64,000 nucleotides of DNA from Moniliella sp. 'wahieum' (taxonomy: Eukaryota). Both the position numbers and the translations under genes were made by a program. Location: contig RSEE01000056.1 of the NCBI GenBank assembly GCA_003971905.1, positions 1 to 64,000 on the forward strand, written 5' to 3'. Below the pieces are notes generated by a model. It had not been told where the DNA came from. It was given only the letters and a program-made list of their open reading frames with translations, and ran no database searches. This document shows, piece after piece, positions 60,001 through 64,000 of this stretch (within the stretch, counting starts at the first letter, position 1; the number at the start of each line of letters is the position of its first letter).

Positions 60001-60448
60001 GGTCGGCCGGTTTGATCGGTTTGGTCGCCATGGCCCGCAGGGGTGTGGGTGGCGTTCGCGGGTTGTGTAAGATCGTGAATTGATAGTCACTGCCGGTTAC
60101 TTTTCGTAGGGTGGATCCTGGGTTACCAAGCCAGATACCCTTCTGGTGTGGGGCGAAGTATGATGCGATTCCGGTGTTCGACAGGTGTGCTACACTGACG
60201 AGATTTCGGCTGAAACGGGGCATGTATAGGCTGTTGGGGAGTTTTATCTCCATTTGGTGTCCTCCTAAGCATCGGATACGGATTGTGGCCGTGCCTCGTC
60301 CTTCCGCCTTTACATGTGTCCCGTTAGCAACCTCTATCTCGTCGTCGCAAGGGGTCATGGATGTGAAGACGGATTTGTCTTTCCAAATGGATGGGAATGC
60401 CCCACTGTCATATAATGCCCGGATGATTCGCATTTCGCCCCCGAGTTC
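57006..60448 (-). CDS. pol: Retrotransposon Pol (protease, integrase, reverse transcriptase, RNase H), with one frame break in the IN-RT linker
   Basis: PR LYDSGA; IN HKRWNH...CPTC, LHVDV, LRTDNAPE, SNGVAERAIRT; RT RARFVAGG, ADVNAAYLNA, LKKSLYGLHQSG, VHTDD; RNase H YTDSDLAG, STAAAEY, CDNKSV, NPADVLTKPL. The stop codon lies in the first bases of the 3' LTR. Confidence 0.95.
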
Positions 60449-61696
60449 CTAGTAGTCAGCTGTGCCCGCATCAACGTCAATCACTTCAGACTCGGGAGAG
60501 CTCGCTCTCTGAGCGACGTGAGCGTTGGCTCGGCCTGGGTTGCGCGGAGGGACAACAGGTTTATTAGACGTCGCGCTGCGCCAGGGTTGGTTGGTGCGGT
60601 CTTGCCCCTTGGTCTTTGTGTCCGCGAGGTTGTCGTCGCCGGCTTTGCCCCCGCTGGAGTTTTTTCCCCCGCTGGTGGGTCGTCCCCCGCTGTCGGGTCG
60701 AGTCCAAGGCGTTCCTCCGTTGACCGGCTTGCCTCCGTTTCTCTTCCTTTCTCCACCGGGATACGTGGCGGCTGGTATGTCCATCACGGCCTGCCGTAAC
60801 TTGTCTAGACTCGAGCGCTCTTCACGCTGGCGAATGCTCATGTCGCGTAAGCCGAGTAGGATCCCAGTGCGTTCCTGCTCTTCCGTAAGTGGGATGCCCG
60901 CTCGCGTCAGGCTTGCACTGATCTCTTCCATGTAGTCGAGGTAGTCTCGACCCGATCGGTTTCCTTGGTCGGCCGAAAAGTAGCGAATGAGTAGAGGCCC
61001 TCTGTTTGCGGTAGGCGTATATCCATACCGCTGACGCAGCATGTTCAGCGTGTCCTGGGTGCATGATATTTCGTGGTGGGTGCGGATCGTCCGGAAGAGG
61101 GTTGACGGCATGGCTTCCCTAAGAAGGTTGTGCAAGCGTCTGTCGAGGTCCTCGGTGAAGTAGCGGGAGCTGCGACCATTCTGGACGACGTCGCTTGCGT
61201 GGGGGTGGGCATCTGTTATCGCGAAGAGAAATTCGTCTTCCCAAGCGCTGTAGGCGGACGGGTCTTTGTTCAGATCAGGCCACTTGATATTCTTGGTGGG
61301 AGACTCGCGTAGTGATCTGTAAAGGTCGTACTCGGGTCGCGAGGCTGCGCCTGTAGGTGCCCCCAAAGTTGCGTTGGGTTGAGTTTCCATTTGGTGGATG
61401 TTTTGCACCACAAAATTCGTAGCCCGTCGAACCCAGTTTGTCGTGATAGACGTAGGTTCGTCCTTCCATCCAAGCCACTCGGCTCTGTCGTGTATAGCTC
61501 TGTTGATCTTCTCTTTAACGACATCGATGTCGTTCGTCTTCTTGAACCACAGGTGCGCTTCGGCGCAAAGCATCATGAGTTCCTCGTTGTCGGTGCCAAT
61601 CGGTGGCGGATCGCGACCGGTTGGTGTCCAGTAATCGCGCTTGTTCACCATTGTGGTGTCGCTGACCGAGAGATCGGTGTTAGCGTTGGCGCCCAT
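60449..61696 (-). CDS. gag: Retrotransposon Gag
   Basis: Long ORF directly after the 5' LTR; first ATG at 61696 (MGANANTD), with the frame also open through the LTR. YSAWEDEF, TLNMLRQRYG and DYLDYMEEISASLTRAGIPLTEE..ILLGL are copia gag-like. Ends in TAG at 60451-60449. Confidence 0.85.
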   Translation of the reverse strand: MGANANTDLSVSDTTMVNKRDYWTPTGRDPPPIGTDNEELMMLCAEAHLWFKKTNDIDVVKEKINRAIHDRAEWLGWKDEPTSITTNWVRRATNFVVQNIHQMETQPNATLGAPTGAASRPEYDLYRSLRESPTKNIKWPDLNKDPSAYSAWEDEFLFAITDAHPHASDVVQNGRSSRYFTEDLDRRLHNLLREAMPSTLFRTIRTHHEISCTQDTLNMLRQRYGYTPTANRGPLLIRYFSADQGNRSGRDYLDYMEEISASLTRAGIPLTEEQERTGILLGLRDMSIRQREERSSLDKLRQAVMDIPAATYPGGERKRNGGKPVNGGTPWTRPDSGGRPTSGGKNSSGGKAGDDNLADTKTKGQDRTNQPWRSATSNKPVVPPRNPGRANAHVAQRASSPESEVIDVDAGTADY

Positions 61697-61750
61697 GGTT
61701 GTGGGTGTAGTTTTGGCCAGCTCAGGGATGAGCAGATAAGGATGTAACTC

Positions 61751-61910
61751 TGTCGGCCTCGCTACTACCACAGAATGTGAGCACTGAACGTCGTATTGGA
61801 CTAAGAAGCTTCTGCGACTGACTCGTCCAGAAGACTGGTGCGAGCTCGGAAGGAATGAAAGCTGACTCACGTGACTCAGGGTCCGCGCGGTCCTAGGACG
61901 GATGTCAACA
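61751..61910 (-). repeat. 5' LTR (160 bp)
   Basis: Identical by eye to 56852-57011. Confidence 0.97.
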
Positions 61911-63429
61911 TCCTCCGCGAATACGGAGTACTGCGAACTGAGTAGTCACTTCGTGGGCAGTGAGAGTCTCCTGTCGGACGAGCTAGGCATGCCCCCTTAC
62001 AATAAGGACCTGCGGTCAGCCGGTCAGCGCTCAGCGGGGTTGCGTTGACATGCGTGGACGCGGGCCCTGAATATTGAATCATCAATCAGTGAGCCAGCTT
62101 ACTCGGACCAGTGTTCCGGACGATTCGGGGCAGACGCTTCTGAGTCCAATTCGACGTCCAGTGCTCACGCGCACAGGCTCGGAGGCTCGCATTCAGGGGA
62201 GTGGCGAGGCCGACAGCGGCTCAACGCTCACCAAGCGTGAGCGCGCTTCACTTATAGTGGTAGTATTACATGAGCCGCAGTGGGGCAGGGTGCTGATGGC
62301 TGATGATGATTGAGCTGTGGATCAACTTGGGCCATGCGCATGCTGCCTTTCGGTGGGACGCTAGACGCCATGGTCGGACATTGGACGCCTGGTGGTCGGG
62401 GGTTAGGGGCATGGGGCATGGGGCATGGGCTGGGGCTGGGGCATGAGGCTGGGGCTGGGGCTCAGCAGGCAGCAGGCAGCAGACCCATTGGCCCAGCTAG
62501 CCAAGACACCGAAGTGGAGTGGGCGCCACGGCACCTGCCTTGCCGCTCAGCCTGCGCGTAACCACATGTGACCATGTGAGGTGAGATGGGAGATCAGAGA
62601 CTCAGATCTGCCTAGCTGGGTTCTGGGGATCGGATGTGTGATGCATGATGCATGATGCATGATGCCATGTCGATCCCAGCTTGGCAAGCGGCGCAATCGT
62701 TAATCGGCACAGGCCTGGCACGGCGGCGCAGTGGTGCCGATCAGCCCTGTATCCTGATACATGATGCTGAGCCGATGATCGATGATCAATGATCGGGAGG
62801 GAGTAAATGATTACTGATTGGCAATTCCATGCCACAGATCTCGCGCAGTGTTCGTAACTCTTGGCCTCGAAGATCTAAGAAAGAACTAACCTGCGCCTCA
62901 GGCTGAGGCTCAGCCGTCAGCGTGTCAGGCCGAGGGCTCAGCCTGGGCAGACTGAGCGCACGTCGGCGGCAGCGTCAGGGAGCACTGGGCAATCAGTTAC
63001 TCCATACTCCGTACTCCATACTCACGCGTGATGTGTGACGTGTGACGGCTGACGCCGTGCAAGCCACAGTTTCGCCCCCACTGGCCGGCGGTGCGGCCGG
63101 CGGCGTTGGGTGGAGCGCCGGCCCCGGCTCGGGCAGGGGGGCATGCCTGCAAGTGCTGGGTCATCGAAAGGTCCGGCGCCACATTGCACTACACTGCTGC
63201 TGTGCCTGCCGAGTAATGGCCAGTCGGTCTAAGGTGGCCCCCTGCCCCGGTGGTGGTCCCGTGGTGGCCCAGTGGTGGCTCTGGGTGGACCATATACTCC
63301 CCTCCACACACCCACCGCACTCGGAAAGCCAACTCGCCTTCCCCCCTCCATCTCCTCCCCCCCTCCCTCTTCCTCTTTCTCCTTCTCCCCCCCTCCCCCC
63401 CCCCACGCTCTTTCACCTCCCTCGCCGCC

Positions 63430-64000
63430 ATGCCGCATCGCCGTCGCTCCAACCTGGCCGCCGCGTTCTGGCCGTGGCCACGCTCGGCCTCGCTGCCACC
63501 GCCGCCGCATCCATCAGCCCGCACGCGGCACAGCCACCTATCTCTCCCCGCTGGCATCTCTTCCAACGGCGCCAAGTTTGACGGCCAGACGTTTGACTAT
63601 GGTACGTCCCCATTTGTTTTTTGTTTTTACCGTGTGCCTCTTCGTGCCTCCCCCCGTCCCCGTCCCCTTTGGTGGCCCACTACCCCTGTCCTCCTCCTGC
63701 CTCCCCTCCTACGCTACTACGATACAGTCATTGTTGGTGGCGGTACGGCCGGCTGGTTCTGGCGAACCGTTGTCAGCGGATGAGTCCAACTCGGTTGCGG
63801 TGATTGAGGCGGGCGAAGCGGATCTGGAAGACGTCATTGACGACGCCGAATGCCATGCTGTACAACTCGTCTGTTGGTACATCGCGCGACTGGGCGTACA
63901 AGACGGTGGACCAGTCTGGTCTGGGAGGTCGGTCGGTGTCCTGGCCGCGGGGCAAGACGCTAGGTGGGTCCAGTGCGATCATGGGTTGTACCTGGTGCGC
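63430..64000 (+). CDS. GMC oxidoreductase (glucose oxidase / aryl-alcohol oxidase-like), N-terminal part, probably secreted
   Basis: Hydrophobic leader [18 protein letters not shown], intron 63602-63727, [49 protein letters not shown]. Truncated by the window end. Confidence 0.92.

Larger units (their letters stand above)
56852..61910 (-). mobile_element. Full-length Ty1/copia LTR retrotransposon (5059 bp)
   Basis: Two identical 160-bp LTRs (TG...CA) enclose gag, PR, IN, RT and RNase H in copia order; purine-rich CAGCGGGGG lies next to the 3' LTR. Confidence 0.97.

Noticed and set aside
56724..61933. ATACGGAGTACTG on both sides of the retrotransposon as a long TSD
   Set aside because: The copies are not adjacent to the LTRs (about 115 bp and 10 bp away), and related TACTCCG motifs recur elsewhere (about 7605, about 63005).

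Overview
GC-rich, intron-poor fungal (basidiomycete-like) genomic DNA. Frameshifts break most genes, including housekeeping ones such as FBA1, which points to an unpolished long-read assembly rather than pseudogenes. Recognisable genes, in order: PEP4-type vacuolar aspartic protease, SABATH/Methyltransf_7-like protein, intron-containing tRNA-Arg(CCG), betaine lipid synthase BTA1, SAP30-like protein, DH(-PH) RhoGEF, FBA1, group III hybrid histidine kinase (NIK1/OS-1 type), UPF0643-like protein, zinc alcohol dehydrogenase, makorin-like RING protein, a protein with two CRAL-TRIO modules, a DUF1765-like protein, a full-length Ty1/copia LTR retrotransposon, and the start of a GMC oxidoreductase. 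Two observations stand out. (1) Intergenic DNA follows a 7-bp grammar, (TNA + 4-bp palindrome)n, using at least 14 of the 16 possible cores and sometimes switching core in register. (2) The young copia element has an in-frame UAG at the gag/pol junction, a non-canonical primer-binding site, an HTDD reverse-transcriptase motif and no target-site duplication. All family assignments are from motif recognition by eye; no database searches were run.
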